Notes under the pieces: model-generated
The model's database searches: none
What the model was told of the DNA's origin: nothing
Seen by the model: the letters and a program-made list of their open reading frames with translations, nothing else
Position numbers and translations under genes: made by a program
Assembly: GCA_918797485.1 (NCBI GenBank)
Contig: CAKKNE010000004.1
Location: 2,790,001 to 2,854,000 of the forward strand
Length of the DNA: 64,000 nt
Reading direction: 5' to 3'
Origin: Pelagomonas calceolata
Taxonomy: Eukaryota
Shown here: positions 10,884 to 21,666 of the stretch, piece after piece
Numbering within the stretch: the first letter of the stretch is position 1
How the letters are laid out: each line of letters begins with the position of its first letter

Positions 10884-13800
10884 CTACGTATCGCCCTTCG
10901 CCTCGGCCGCGCCCTCCTCCGGCACCACGCGCGCCGACTGCTCGCTCAGCGAGACGACCGTTCCGCGCCGCGCGAGCGCCGCGGCCCGCCGCTCGCGCCC
11001 CTCGATCCGCGCCTTCGCCTCCTCGGCCTGGCGCTGCGCGGCGTCCTGCTGCCGCTTGATGTCCGCCCGCAGTTCGTCGAGGTCCGCCAACCTTTTATGC
11101 GCCGCCGTCTGCGCGTCGCCCTCGACCTCGACCCACTTGTCGAACTCCTCTCGCGTCACGGCGCAGCCCTCGATGTAGTTCGCCACGACGACGTAGGCCG
11201 CCGCGATGTCATCTAAGGCGTCCCGCGTCAGGTAGAGCGTGTGCGTCACCGCTGTGGTCACGACTCGTACTTTGAGCTTGAAGTCATCAACCAACAACGT
11301 GGGGAAGCCGAACTGGTCTCTCGCATTCAACGTATCCAGAATTTCGCCTCCCGCCTTTTCATCATCAGGAGCGGGCGCCGGCGCCTCGCTTACCTCGGGC
11401 ATGAACGCCGTCGATTCGTTCGCGGGCCCGACCTGCACGAGGACCTCACCCTGCTGGATCATGTGGAACTCGCGACACCTTTTCCGGGGCGAGTTGACCT
11501 CCTGGTTCGCCGCGAAGCCCGCTGCGGACAGTTTGCCGACCACGACCGACAGGGCCCCGCGGATCTCGTGCTCGCAGTATAAGAGAGTGGGCGTCTTGCC
11601 CAGCGTCTCCTTGTGGGCGAACGCATAACATAAGTTGCGCATATGTGGTGTTAAAACGCCAAGTAACATAGGTTCATCAAACACCCCGGAAAACAGCTGG
11701 TTCCAGTGGTGGTTGTGGATGATCGCGTCGGCTAAAGGTTTCGGGAGTTGCCGCTCTTTAATAAAGCCTCTTACTATATCCTTTTCCGCCTGTTGCTGCG
11801 CGCCGATGGGATCCAGGTTCATGATGATGTCCACCACCACGCCGATCACGTACGCGAAGAGCATCGTCCCGAGAACTTGCGCGATGATGCAATAGACCAT
11901 GCCGGCCATGTGTTCTGACGAGGGATACACGTCGCCATAGCCGACCGTCGTCATCGTCGTAAAGGCCCAGTAGATCGACGTGATGTATTGGGTGGTTCGT
12001 CGCGCTTGCCGCACGCTCTTCGCCGGGGCGCAGCCATTACATACGAATTCTGAAGGGTCATTTGAGGATAAGGTAGGCGCGATCGTAGCCGTGGTGGGCG
12101 CCGGCGTCGTATCGTCGGGCCAGCACATGTTCCCGACATCTTCGGGCTTCGGCGTGACCCAGCAGTTGTCCTCGCGCTGCTTCTTGGGCTTGTCGCATCC
12201 ATAGACGGAACACTGCCAGGGGTGCTCCTTCGACCACTTCCGCCTTCCGTAAATTTTGTCGCAATCATCAGGCTTGGCGAACATTTTTTGGTTGCTACAG
12301 TAGTCCTTGTAGACGCACGTCGTGTCGAGCCAGCTCCCGGCCCGTTCCTCGGGCTTCAGGGGGAAGGTGGCCCAGTCCCTACTTTTGCTGTAGGTGCATT
12401 TCACTCTACTGAACGTAGCTCCCGTGTAGAAGAAGCCACAGGCCAGTAAATGGGCCGAGAAGCACACCAACAGTAACGGCATGATCACCTTGAAGATGGT
12501 AGGGTTCACGCCGCAGTTGTCCTCCAAGACGTTCACCACGCCGTCCAATTTGAGTACTCTTGCAATTTTGACCAATCTTATCAATCTTAAAGCTTTGAGC
12601 ATTTTGAGAGCACCTAGACCGGGCACACCGCTCGCCAAATGCCGCAATGGTATCGTAGAAACAAAGTCGATGCCGAACCAGCCTTTAAGGTATGATTTCA
12701 CAATCATCTTTCGGTTGTGGACTATTTTCAATTGCTTGTTCTGGTAGGCCGAATTGAAGCTAAATAGCAAATCCAAGCCGAACAACGCGTCGATGACATC
12801 GTCCAGGAAGGACCACTTGCCCGCGTCGGAACACCCCTTGCCGCCGCCGTCGCAGTCGGAGTAACCCAGCGAGTTCTCGTTGCCGTTGCCCAACTCGACC
12901 TCGAAACCCAACCTATAGGTCGCTATCAATACACTGAGCACGATCAGCATCGCCACAAATAAATCCCAGGCTATTTTATAGGGCGCCTCGGGGTGGAAAA
13001 TTCTTTTGGTCTTCCACAACTCCTTCCACGTGACGTTCGCCGGGAGCAGCTTGGGCTCCTCCTTGTTCCTCCGGGAGAACATGGCGGCGATGGAGTAGGC
13101 CCTTAATGACGCCTTCGGGGATGGCGTTTTCGGCGACGGAGCGGCCTTACCAAATAAACCGCTCAGCTTCTTCATGGCCGGCGACGCCGGCGCCGCGGGC
13201 TTCGAAGCGCCCGCCGCGGCGCCGCCGAACATGCCCTTCAATTTCGACGTGGGCGTCACCGTGGCCGCCGCCGACCCCGCCGCCGCCTGCCGCGCCGACT
13301 TCGCCCGGGCGCCCATGCCCACGAGCCGCCCCGCCGCCCGGAACGCGGCCAACCTTGATTTCTTCTGGGACACGGCGACCTCGTCCTCCTCCTCCTTTTC
13401 CGGCGGCGGCGAGTCGGTCCGATCGTAGCCCTCGGGCGGTTCGAGGGACTGTTCCGAGTACATCGACGAAGAGCGTCGTAGGAACGGCGCCCGCGGCGCG
13501 TCCTTTGCGTCTTGCCCGGCGCTCGCGGCGTCGACCTCGGCCTGCTCGTGCAGGGCCTGGCGATGCAGGCGCCGGTGGATGTCGGGGAACTCGTTCAGCG
13601 CTTCGATCAACAGCTCCTTCGTGCACATGTAGAGCTCCGTGTCATGTGAAGCATACACACATGTCGTTTGGGTGGTCGTTAGTAATAACGCCGCGGGGCC
13701 GATCAAATCGCCCTCCTTGTATGTTCGTACTTCATTGATCTGCTGAGGGTCTTTATCTCCTCTTGTTTTACAGACGAGGCAGGGTGTCGCTTCGTCACCA

Positions 13801-15695
13801 TCATTCGCACCGCCAGAATAGACGCAGAATAAGTGCGTCGCGATCTCGCCCTCAAAGAACAAAAACTCCGCCTCGCTCAACCGCAAAGGCAGCATGTCCG
13901 GCACGAGCATGATCGTGAACCGACGAGTGGCGGTATTTAACCAGGGGATCTTCTTGAGGAGTTTCGCATGTCGTACTTGGATCATGTCCATCCGCGCCCC
14001 GGCAGGCATCATGTCATATAGTCTATGTTGATCAAAATTCGTGTGCTTCGAATAACACCACTTGACGTCCCTCACGATTCTTTTGGAAAGTGCCTCGGGG
14101 TACTGCCTATCATAAACATAGCCCTTGACCTGGTCGACCTTGGCTCGATACAACACGGCGCCCTCGCCATTGACACTTTCCATGAGCGAGGTGATCGTGC
14201 CCATGATATACCCAAAAAAGGCCCCCCCAATAATCATCACGACGATCGCAAAGCCTCGCTCCGCGGCACCGACCACGGGAATGTCGCCGTACCCGACCGT
14301 CGTCATCGTCGTGAAGGCCCAGTACAACGATAGGAGATACGCATGGCTTTTCCTCGCGTACTTTTCGCCGCGCGCCGCCTCCATCTTCGTGCGCCAGTTC
14401 CAGACTTGCCCTTGCGTTGAGTTGTTCAATCTAAAATTCAGGCCCGCCGGCCGCCGTTTACTGAAATGAGGACCTTCAAAGGGCGCGCCGTCGTCGCCCC
14501 CGTACCGATGGTCCCAGTCGTCGTCGATATAATAATTGAGGTGGCCATTTCCACTATCCGCGTCTGGTGACTCGTCGTCCTCCAAGCCAAGAGCACCGGC
14601 GTACGTCGGCGCCAGGGTCTGGAAATGCCTGAAACAAGCCACCCAATGAGCGACATAAAACATCTGCACTAACAGCAAAGCTATCGAGGCCTTCACGGAC
14701 GGTCCCGTGCTGTTCACGGCTGAATCGTCGTCTTTGCCCTTGCTGTTCTTCAGCTTCAGGAGCTTGGCTAATTTTGCGAGCTTGGCCAAGCGCACAATAC
14801 GTAATAGCTTGAAGATTCTAGGAGGCACTCCAATATTAACCGTATCACAGACCTGCTGGCATTTAGCGGTCAGGTTGCAGCCCCCGGACGTCACAATATC
14901 AAACGGGAACGTCGAGAAGAAGTCGATGAGGAATGCTGGTGATTTGCACATGTAGCGGTTAGCTATTTGTTTTTTGTCGTGCACGAGTCGCGTCGTGAGC
15001 GGGTCCCGGTACGCGGTAATAAAGACCATACAAACGTCGATGACGAAAGAAATGTCCACCGTGCTATCGATGAAGAACACTCCAGGGACACATCTTGTAC
15101 TATAAGCCGTCCGGAACCCGATACTGAAGGGTACGGTCAGCGTCGACCAGATAATGCACGCCGAGATCCACAAATCCCAGTAGATCTTCCAGTCCGCCGT
15201 CGGGTGGATCATCGGGAAGGGCAGCTTCGGATCTAATTCATCTTCATCCACTTCTGTGGGAGCAGAGTCGTCCTCCTTTTTGGCACGGGGTTTGCCGCGC
15301 GTGGCTTGGATTTCGGCCATCCTCTCCTCCAGTCCATCGAAGCCGAAGATCTCTCTTTGTGATTGCCTATGCCTTACGACGCATTTTATCGCTTCGTCCG
15401 GGTTGTCGTCATTCGAAGGACCGAGTTCCTTGTTGTGGATTTTGACCACGAAGGTCTTGGCGCTCTCGCGCTTGATGATGGTGCTTCGTCGGGCCGCCTC
15501 CATGGCGCGCTCGGACGCGGAGGTGCGTCTAGACGGCGACGCGGCCTCATCCTTTGATGTGGCCTCATCGCCCTCCGCGGGCAATTCGTTCAGCGGCACG
15601 ACGCGCTTCTTATCCTGGGGCGCCGCCCCCCGCGCGAACCCGCCCGCGGTGTTCTTGCCGGCCTTCATGAGGCCCTGCATCATCGCCGAGGCCAT
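10884..15695 (-). CDS. Two-repeat cyclic-nucleotide-binding-domain voltage-gated K+ channel (KCNH/HCN/CNG superfamily)
   Basis: Two copies of 6TM + S4 (KLLRIVRLAKL; KALRLIRLVKIARVLK) + pore YWAFTTMTTVGYGD + CNBD-like region. Confidence 0.9.
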   Translation of the reverse strand: MASAMMQGLMKAGKNTAGGFARGAAPQDKKRVVPLNELPAEGDEATSKDEAASPSRRTSASERAMEAARRSTIIKRESAKTFVVKIHNKELGPSNDDNPDEAIKCVVRHRQSQREIFGFDGLEERMAEIQATRGKPRAKKEDDSAPTEVDEDELDPKLPFPMIHPTADWKIYWDLWISACIIWSTLTVPFSIGFRTAYSTRCVPGVFFIDSTVDISFVIDVCMVFITAYRDPLTTRLVHDKKQIANRYMCKSPAFLIDFFSTFPFDIVTSGGCNLTAKCQQVCDTVNIGVPPRIFKLLRIVRLAKLAKLAKLLKLKNSKGKDDDSAVNSTGPSVKASIALLLVQMFYVAHWVACFRHFQTLAPTYAGALGLEDDESPDADSGNGHLNYYIDDDWDHRYGGDDGAPFEGPHFSKRRPAGLNFRLNNSTQGQVWNWRTKMEAARGEKYARKSHAYLLSLYWAFTTMTTVGYGDIPVVGAAERGFAIVVMIIGGAFFGYIMGTITSLMESVNGEGAVLYRAKVDQVKGYVYDRQYPEALSKRIVRDVKWCYSKHTNFDQHRLYDMMPAGARMDMIQVRHAKLLKKIPWLNTATRRFTIMLVPDMLPLRLSEAEFLFFEGEIATHLFCVYSGGANDGDEATPCLVCKTRGDKDPQQINEVRTYKEGDLIGPAALLLTTTQTTCVYASHDTELYMCTKELLIEALNEFPDIHRRLHRQALHEQAEVDAASAGQDAKDAPRAPFLRRSSSMYSEQSLEPPEGYDRTDSPPPEKEEEDEVAVSQKKSRLAAFRAAGRLVGMGARAKSARQAAAGSAAATVTPTSKLKGMFGGAAAGASKPAAPASPAMKKLSGLFGKAAPSPKTPSPKASLRAYSIAAMFSRRNKEEPKLLPANVTWKELWKTKRIFHPEAPYKIAWDLFVAMLIVLSVLIATYRLGFEVELGNGNENSLGYSDCDGGGKGCSDAGKWSFLDDVIDALFGLDLLFSFNSAYQNKQLKIVHNRKMIVKSYLKGWFGIDFVSTIPLRHLASGVPGLGALKMLKALRLIRLVKIARVLKLDGVVNVLEDNCGVNPTIFKVIMPLLLVCFSAHLLACGFFYTGATFSRVKCTYSKSRDWATFPLKPEERAGSWLDTTCVYKDYCSNQKMFAKPDDCDKIYGRRKWSKEHPWQCSVYGCDKPKKQREDNCWVTPKPEDVGNMCWPDDTTPAPTTATIAPTLSSNDPSEFVCNGCAPAKSVRQARRTTQYITSIYWAFTTMTTVGYGDVYPSSEHMAGMVYCIIAQVLGTMLFAYVIGVVVDIIMNLDPIGAQQQAEKDIVRGFIKERQLPKPLADAIIHNHHWNQLFSGVFDEPMLLGVLTPHMRNLCYAFAHKETLGKTPTLLYCEHEIRGALSVVVGKLSAAGFAANQEVNSPRKRCREFHMIQQGEVLVQVGPANESTAFMPEVSEAPAPAPDDEKAGGEILDTLNARDQFGFPTLLVDDFKLKVRVVTTAVTHTLYLTRDALDDIAAAYVVVANYIEGCAVTREEFDKWVEVEGDAQTAAHKRLADLDELRADIKRQQDAAQRQAEEAKARIEGRERRAAALARRGTVVSLSEQSARVVPEEGAAEAKGDT

Positions 15696-16247
15696 GGCTG
15701 CTCAATGCGACGCCGTCGACGCGTCGACGGCGATCAGTGCCCGCGAGAGCGACGGCGCACGCACGCGCGATGGGCTGCCCCAGCCTGCCCAGCCTCTGGC
15801 TGCCCCAAGGCCTCTCCCGCGGCGCTCCGGCAGCAACAATTTATGCGTGCCGATCCAGCGGTGCGACCGGCAGCTACCAGCGTGCTGGGCTGCCACCAGG
15901 GGGACCGGCCGCGCCCGCTTCGCAGCTCGAGCTTTTGGCCAATGTTGGCGCTGGACGCAGCCCCGCACCATTTTAAAACCCGACGAGAGCCGTCGCCGGA
16001 GCGATGCCGGCCGGCCAGGACTGGCTCGGGCCGGGCGGAGGGAGCGGTCCGTGCTCTGCTCAGCAGGGGGCAGCCTCGCAGCGCTGCCGAGATTCACCTG
16101 CTACACGCGGTTAGGCGTGCATCCGAGCTTCCTCACACAACTACTGAACGCTAACGACGAGAGCTGCTGCGAGTTTGGCCAGCGCTTTGCAAGCCTGCGC
16201 ATCAGTAGAGCCACTCCAGCTTTGTGGTCGAGCCACAGCGGTCGAAA

Positions 16248-16985
16248 ATGCGGCGCCACACGTCGTCGCCGACCGACGTGACCGCCCCGCTCCTGCAAGA
16301 CGACAAGGCGAAACCGGCAGAGAAGCCATCAAACCGCTTAGAACCAGCGCCGCCCGCCATTTGCTACCTCGTCGCGGTCGCGTACGTCTACCTCTGCGAC
16401 CAGGGCATTGAACATTGTAGACGCTTGCAGAAGACGGGGCGGACCGACGTCGGCGAGTTGATGATTGAGTGGTGTATACTGTTAGTGGTCTACTCCATTG
16501 AAACGCTACTCGCATACAATGGTATGACAACGTTATACCGATGGAATAAACAAAACTACGTCGAGCACCACCTGCCCCTCGTATTAGGCAGCGTGCTCTG
16601 GGTCCTACTGGGAGTCGATCCAGCAATCCACCGGGAGTGGGCGGCCTTGACGTTAGCGATCTCGTTCATCGAGGCGTCGGCCGCGTTGTTGGTGCACCAT
16701 CCATCAAAAAGGTGGCACGCCTTTCGATTAGGATTGAATGCAATAGTGCAGCTGGACCTGTTGTGCGCGGACCTGTGGTCCTACTGGCGGCACGTTTCTT
16801 CCGATACGTGGACGTGGCCGTCGCTTCTCCTGACGCAGGGCCTCCTCGCCGCCGCGGCGACGCATATTTATTATGGGCAGGGCATCGTCCGCGCGATCTC
16901 TAGACGGGGGCGCCAGGAGCGCGAGCTCGCGGGGCTCGGGTGTCTGGTGATGCTGGGGGTCGGGCTGTGGATCTCGCCTTGGTAA
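16248..16985 (+). CDS. Multi-pass membrane protein, possibly TLC (TRAM/LAG1/CLN8)-like
   Basis: Several hydrophobic helices with an HH...E.S pattern. Family assignment is tentative. Confidence 0.6.
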   Translation: MRRHTSSPTDVTAPLLQDDKAKPAEKPSNRLEPAPPAICYLVAVAYVYLCDQGIEHCRRLQKTGRTDVGELMIEWCILLVVYSIETLLAYNGMTTLYRWNKQNYVEHHLPLVLGSVLWVLLGVDPAIHREWAALTLAISFIEASAALLVHHPSKRWHAFRLGLNAIVQLDLLCADLWSYWRHVSSDTWTWPSLLLTQGLLAAAATHIYYGQGIVRAISRRGRQERELAGLGCLVMLGVGLWISPW

Positions 16986-17401
16986 AGTTATTTTTGTTTT
17001 GCTCGTGATGTTCGTGGGCCCTGAGCGTGAAACCTTGCCCTCGCCCCCGACGGCGTCGAGGCGGGACGTGTTGATCCTCCTGCGGCGTGAGCGCGACTCC
17101 CGCGCCGGGCAGTGCCGAGGCGGAGGGCTGTGTGTGACCTGGTCCTGGGAGGCTGAAGCCGCCCCTCGGTGTCAGGGGCCATACCTCGGCGGAGTTTCGC
17201 TTGCCACGGCAACCAATTAGCTTTACCTGCAAGCTGAAGGAGGGGCAGAGGCCATCGCAGCGATCGAGTTTGAGAACGCAGCGCGACGCGGCCGCGCACG
17301 CATAACACAAACCAACCAACGGAAGCGACTAAGGGTCGCTCACGGATCCCGCGACTCTCGCGAAACCAGCGCCCACGAGCCCGCGCAGCACCCGAAACAC
17401 A

Positions 17402-18562
17402 ATGTCTGCAGCTGAAGGGAAACAGGAAGCTGACGCCGCCGTAGCCGCTGTCGTGGCGCCCGCGCCGGCCGCGGAGGCGCCGGCACCGGCGCCGGCGCCG
17501 GACGCCGCGCCCGCTGTCGAAGCGCAGCCCAAAGAAGAAGAGCTCACCGAGAAGGACCTCCTCGGCAGCGCGACGCTCGTGACCTTCCCGGACCGCGCGC
17601 TCGGCGTCAGCATCGAGGCCGACGAGGAAGGGCCGGTGTACGTGGCGTCGGTCAAGACCTTCTCGGCAGCGAGAGGTCGAGTCCGCGCCGGCGACGTCGT
17701 CGCGCTGGTCGACGGCGTCGCCGTGCCGCAAGCGAGAGACGCGGCGGGCTGGGCGGCCTTCGTCCAGGGCCTCAAGGAGGGCCCGCGGCCCCTGTCGGTG
17801 GCGTTTGGGCGGCCGCCCAAAGAACCCGCGGCGACGGCGACGGCCGCGCGCAAGACGCGGCCCCGCGCGAAACGCGCGAGAGATGATGAGTACGACGACA
17901 ACGAGTCCGACGAGGAGCTCCAGGCCGCGTTACAGGCTTCGAGACGCGACACGGGCCCCGCGCCCGTCGGAAGACTCGCAGCGCCCGTCAAGGCCCAGTC
18001 GACGCGCAAGAAGTACTGGCGCAAGCTCGTGTCTGATGATTTAGCACCGAGAGATGCCCCTCTGAAGTTTGTGTGGCCGAACCCGAAGGCGCACTTAACC
18101 AGCAAGTCGGGAAGAAAGACGGCTATTGCGTATGAGGCCTACTCGCCGGCGACCTCCGTCTCGGAGTTCTTCGCGCTCGGCGGCAGACCTGATGATTTGG
18201 CGTACGATCTCGCGAGGGGCTTCGTGGTCGTGACCGACATGGTCGACGGGCCGCCGCCGCCGAAGAAGGCGCGCGGCGCCGCGGCGCGCGCCGCTGCCGC
18301 TGCTGCGGTGGCGCCGCCGCCGCCGCCAGTGGTCAAGGAGGAGGTCGCGGCCGTCGTCACGGCGACCGAGGACGACAAGGGCCCTACTGTTGCTGATCTC
18401 GCCGCTTATCTGGTGTCTAGAGGAGGCACTGCGACTCAAGTCGACGGCTGGAGCGTGGGCAAGAACCCTCGCGGTGATACCATCTTCACCGATCCTTCTT
18501 CTGGTCGGGTCTTCCGGTCGAAGCCCGAGGTGGCTCGCTTCCTGAACGTGGGCCAGGCCTAG
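17402..18562 (+). CDS. PDZ-like + UIM + C-terminal methyl-CpG-binding (MBD)-like domain protein
   Basis: LGVSI..VYVASV..GRVRAGDVVALVDG (PDZ); DEELQAALQAS (UIM); GW..R.D..FTDPSSGRVFRSKPEVARFL (MBD). Confidence 0.75.
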   Translation: MSAAEGKQEADAAVAAVVAPAPAAEAPAPAPAPDAAPAVEAQPKEEELTEKDLLGSATLVTFPDRALGVSIEADEEGPVYVASVKTFSAARGRVRAGDVVALVDGVAVPQARDAAGWAAFVQGLKEGPRPLSVAFGRPPKEPAATATAARKTRPRAKRARDDEYDDNESDEELQAALQASRRDTGPAPVGRLAAPVKAQSTRKKYWRKLVSDDLAPRDAPLKFVWPNPKAHLTSKSGRKTAIAYEAYSPATSVSEFFALGGRPDDLAYDLARGFVVVTDMVDGPPPPKKARGAAARAAAAAAVAPPPPPVVKEEVAAVVTATEDDKGPTVADLAAYLVSRGGTATQVDGWSVGKNPRGDTIFTDPSSGRVFRSKPEVARFLNVGQA

Positions 18563-18812
18563 TTTGGAGAGGGGCTAAGAATTCACCTTTCAGTGCACAC
18601 TTCGTTAATTAGTCGTCTAGGCGCGGCGGTCGGCGCGTCGCCCTCCAGCCGCGGGGCCGTCCCGCGTCGGCCCGCGTACGTACGCCGCCGTCGACGCGGT
18701 ATCGCACGCGTCGGTGGCGTAGGGGGGCGCAAGCACCCTGTCGGCGCGACGCTCGAAAGCAACGTCGCCCGCAACTCGTCGCCCGCGCCAAGACGCCATC
18801 GGCGCGACGCGC

Positions 18813-19460
18813 TCACGCGGCGGCGGGCGGCCGGATCACGGGCCGCTCCTTCTTTTTCCGAGGCCATTCCCGCTTCTTCTTCGGCTTCTTCTTCGCGCCA
18901 TCCTCCGCAACCTTCTTTTTCTTTTTTTTCTTCGGCTTCTTAGCGGTTATACCAGCCTTGCGAAACACGGAGCCGTGCGCGTTCAGGTAGTCGAGGAGCG
19001 CGACGGGCGTGTCGCGCTTCGTCTTCGGGCGAGCTTGGCGCGGGTCATAAGCTTTAAATGCGGCGTATTCCGGCGACTCGAGCCACGTGCCCGCGCGGCG
19101 GTCCGGGCGCGTCGGCGCCCGAAACACGCGGTCGAAGGCCGCGCGTTCGACGACGAGCGGCACGGGCGGCCGTTTTGATGGTGGAGGCGGCGGCTGCGTG
19201 TCGTCTGAAGGTGGCGGCGGCGGCGGCGGCGGCGGCGGCCCCGCCCGGGCGAGTTGCTCGGCGAGCGCCTCATCATTATCGCCCTCCACATACAACGAGC
19301 CGAGGCGGACGCCGCGCTTCGTCTTTGGCTTGCCTCGGCGGTAGTACAGGGTCTCGCAGCGGACCGGCGCGCCGCGCGCTGCGGCTTGAGCTACAAAGGC
19401 CGACGCGTTTTCAGCATCGACGTGTGGCGGGAAGTTACGTATCACGAGGCGGACTGGCAT
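18813..19460 (-). CDS. UPF3: UPF3/Smg4-like nonsense-mediated decay factor
   Basis: RLVIRNFPP, YYRRGK, VVERAAFDRV and DRRAGTWLESPEYAAF match the UPF3 RRM-like domain; basic tail. Confidence 0.75.
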   Translation of the reverse strand: MPVRLVIRNFPPHVDAENASAFVAQAAARGAPVRCETLYYRRGKPKTKRGVRLGSLYVEGDNDEALAEQLARAGPPPPPPPPPPSDDTQPPPPPSKRPPVPLVVERAAFDRVFRAPTRPDRRAGTWLESPEYAAFKAYDPRQARPKTKRDTPVALLDYLNAHGSVFRKAGITAKKPKKKKKKKVAEDGAKKKPKKKREWPRKKKERPVIRPPAAA

Positions 19461-19641
19461 CGCTGCGGTGCGTCTCGAGAGAGGGCTGTCGCGGCGACGT
19501 CGTGAGAGGTGCTTGAATTCCACGCCTCTGCCCGAACCGCTGGTGCGGCCCCTCCGTGGGCACGAATGGGGCCACTGACGGTCCTCGCGTGCGGCACACT
19601 ACCGTACAAAGCTCGTACGGCCGGGCCGCCTAGCTTGCGCA

Positions 19642-19665
19642 GCTAGCGTGTGGTAACACACTAGC
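19642..19665 (+). promoter_or_regulatory. GCTAG-box upstream element, copy 2
   Basis: GCTAGCGTGTGGTAACACACTAGC, between divergent genes. Confidence 0.6.
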
Positions 19666-19904
19666 AAGCAAACTCCCGGCAGTCAATCCTAGTTTTGGGG
19701 CCAATACTCGGCGGCTTTGACCAACTGGGACGTCTCGAGGTCTCCTCAGCTCCTGCCCGACGCACGCTGCCAGTCGTTGGCCTTCGACGCGCGCCCGCGC
19801 CGGCCCAGTCAAGTTCTCATCCAAAGGACCTGCGCACCTTCTTCCGCGCCCGCGGCCCCGATTTTGAAATCCGAGGACACCAGCGGCACGCGCCACCGCC
19901 GACG

Positions 19905-20234
19905 ATGGCGGACGACGACGCCTTCGCCCCGTCCTGGGAGAAGGACGACAAGACGACGTCGCTCCTCGGCGACTCCATCCAAACAAACGACGAGACCGAG
20001 GAGATCGGCAACCTGACGCTCGGCCAGCTGCGGCGCCAGCGCGAGCAGCTCGAGCAGTCCGCCGATTTAGCGGGCGACACGCGCCGCGTGACGCGCGACG
20101 CGCGGCGGACGCTCAAAGCGATCGCCTGGAAGGTGTTTCGTGAGAAATTGACACTGATCGGGACGATCGCGTGTTTGCTGGCGATCGACTTCGCGCTGGC
20201 CTACCGGCTCGTGTCGAACCACGGCCGGCTCTGA
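19905..20234 (+). CDS. VTI1: Short Qb-SNARE (Vti1-like)
   Basis: ETEEIGNLTLGQLRRQREQL SNARE motif followed by a C-terminal TM anchor. Confidence 0.7.
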   Translation: MADDDAFAPSWEKDDKTTSLLGDSIQTNDETEEIGNLTLGQLRRQREQLEQSADLAGDTRRVTRDARRTLKAIAWKVFREKLTLIGTIACLLAIDFALAYRLVSNHGRL

Positions 20235-20322
20235 CGGCCGCGCACTGTACCTTGTAACAATTTAATCTTCTACGCCACCCCCACGCCGTCGATGCGAGCC
20301 CATAGCAACTTGCACTTGAATC

Positions 20323-21381
20323 TTAGTCCGCGAGCAGCCCGTTCTCGCGCGCGAACTCCCAGTACTCCGTGTGCGTCGGCGACGGGTCCGGGAACTCTCT
20401 TGCAAGAGCATCCGTCGAAATGGCGTAGAAGAAGGCGTTCCGGTAGGGCGACGACCCGGAACAGCTCGATAGTCGATTGTCCGTCTTCGACCGCTTTTGC
20501 GCGGCCGCGTACGCGGCCATCCTCTCTTCAAAACCTGATAACAAAGTAACAGCCAAATGACCGCGAAGGCCCCGTTGGATCTCGTAGAGCATGTCGTCGA
20601 CCTCGCCCCCGAAGAACTCGTGGACCTCCGACACAGGAACGTGTTTATGGACGGCACCGACCAGATTATACGTAGACTCAAAGACCACGGCCTCGATCAT
20701 CTGCCGCCGCCAGTCTCGATGGAAGAACTCCGCACAGAAGAAGCCCGCCCGGCGACACCGGTCGGCGACGGCGCCTGCCCACTTTCCGGTGACGCAACTC
20801 TCGGCCGCGAACTTCTGCTGGCCCATGGCGTCCTCGCCAATGCTGCATCGATCGTCCTCGATCTTGCCGAATTCATTTAAGCCGTAGTACAGCACGGCCT
20901 GCGTCTGCCTTTCTCTCGCCAGGCCTCTTTTCTTGAGGGTTGGCTCGATCATGTCTCCTCTCTGTAAAAAAACTAAATCTTCCTTCTTGTCTTCGGGTAT
21001 GGCATCTAAGGCATACTCTAATGACGACGACGCGTCGGGCGACATGCAGATCACATAAATCGGGTACTCGTTTAGATCCCCTTCTTCGTCCGAGCCCTTG
21101 ATCGTCTCCGGCGGCGCGTCCCCAAAATTGATCCGCAGGTCCGGCGTCCCCGGCGCGAGCTTCGCGTAGGCGTCCGCGAAGGCGTCTCCATCTAAACCGA
21201 GCACGACGCCCGGGCCGTCGTCGAGCCGCTCGTTGACGACGCCGCTCAGCATGTTGTGGTAGTCCTTGATGGCGTTGGCGTTGGACCAGACGGCTTGCAG
21301 CTGGGTGCTGTGTTTGGTACGCGTTGGCGGCGCTAGCAGCGCCGCTGCCGAGGCCAGCATGGCGAGGCTGTAGAGAGCCAT
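20323..21381 (-). CDS. Probable plastid-targeted conserved algal protein, possibly ketopantoate-reductase-like fold
   Basis: Signal and transit-like N-terminus; DLVFLQ.G, GKWAGAVA motifs. Fold assignment is tentative. Confidence 0.6.
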   Translation of the reverse strand: MALYSLAMLASAAALLAPPTRTKHSTQLQAVWSNANAIKDYHNMLSGVVNERLDDGPGVVLGLDGDAFADAYAKLAPGTPDLRINFGDAPPETIKGSDEEGDLNEYPIYVICMSPDASSSLEYALDAIPEDKKEDLVFLQRGDMIEPTLKKRGLARERQTQAVLYYGLNEFGKIEDDRCSIGEDAMGQQKFAAESCVTGKWAGAVADRCRRAGFFCAEFFHRDWRRQMIEAVVFESTYNLVGAVHKHVPVSEVHEFFGGEVDDMLYEIQRGLRGHLAVTLLSGFEERMAAYAAAQKRSKTDNRLSSCSGSSPYRNAFFYAISTDALAREFPDPSPTHTEYWEFARENGLLAD

Positions 21382-21666
21382 CGCGGTGCAGTTACTTGCA
21401 CGCTGTCGGTTCGACGGGTCTCAGAGATGATCGCTGAGCAGTCCTGTGGAGTGTGAGCGTCTGGCTATGCGTGCTCGCGACGCTAAGACCGTTAAGGTCC
21501 AGCGTGGCACATGAGCAGGAGGGAGAGCTGCAGTGTGTCACCGGCCGCACGTCTGCCCTCGCAGTCCTAGATTAGCATCAACGTGCGGATCGACCTATCT
21601 CAGCAACAGCCAAAGCAATAGCAACTCGATCGCGCGCCGTGCCGCCGCTGCAGACCACCTCAAAAC

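Noticed and set aside
17103..17157. 7SL/Alu-like 5' domain (GCCGGGC...GGGAGGCTGA)
   Set aside because: No S-domain helix-8 motif follows; resemblance is probably chance.
17200..17213. RFX X-box-like CTTGCCACGGCAAC
   Set aside because: Single imperfect copy, not beside a ciliary gene.
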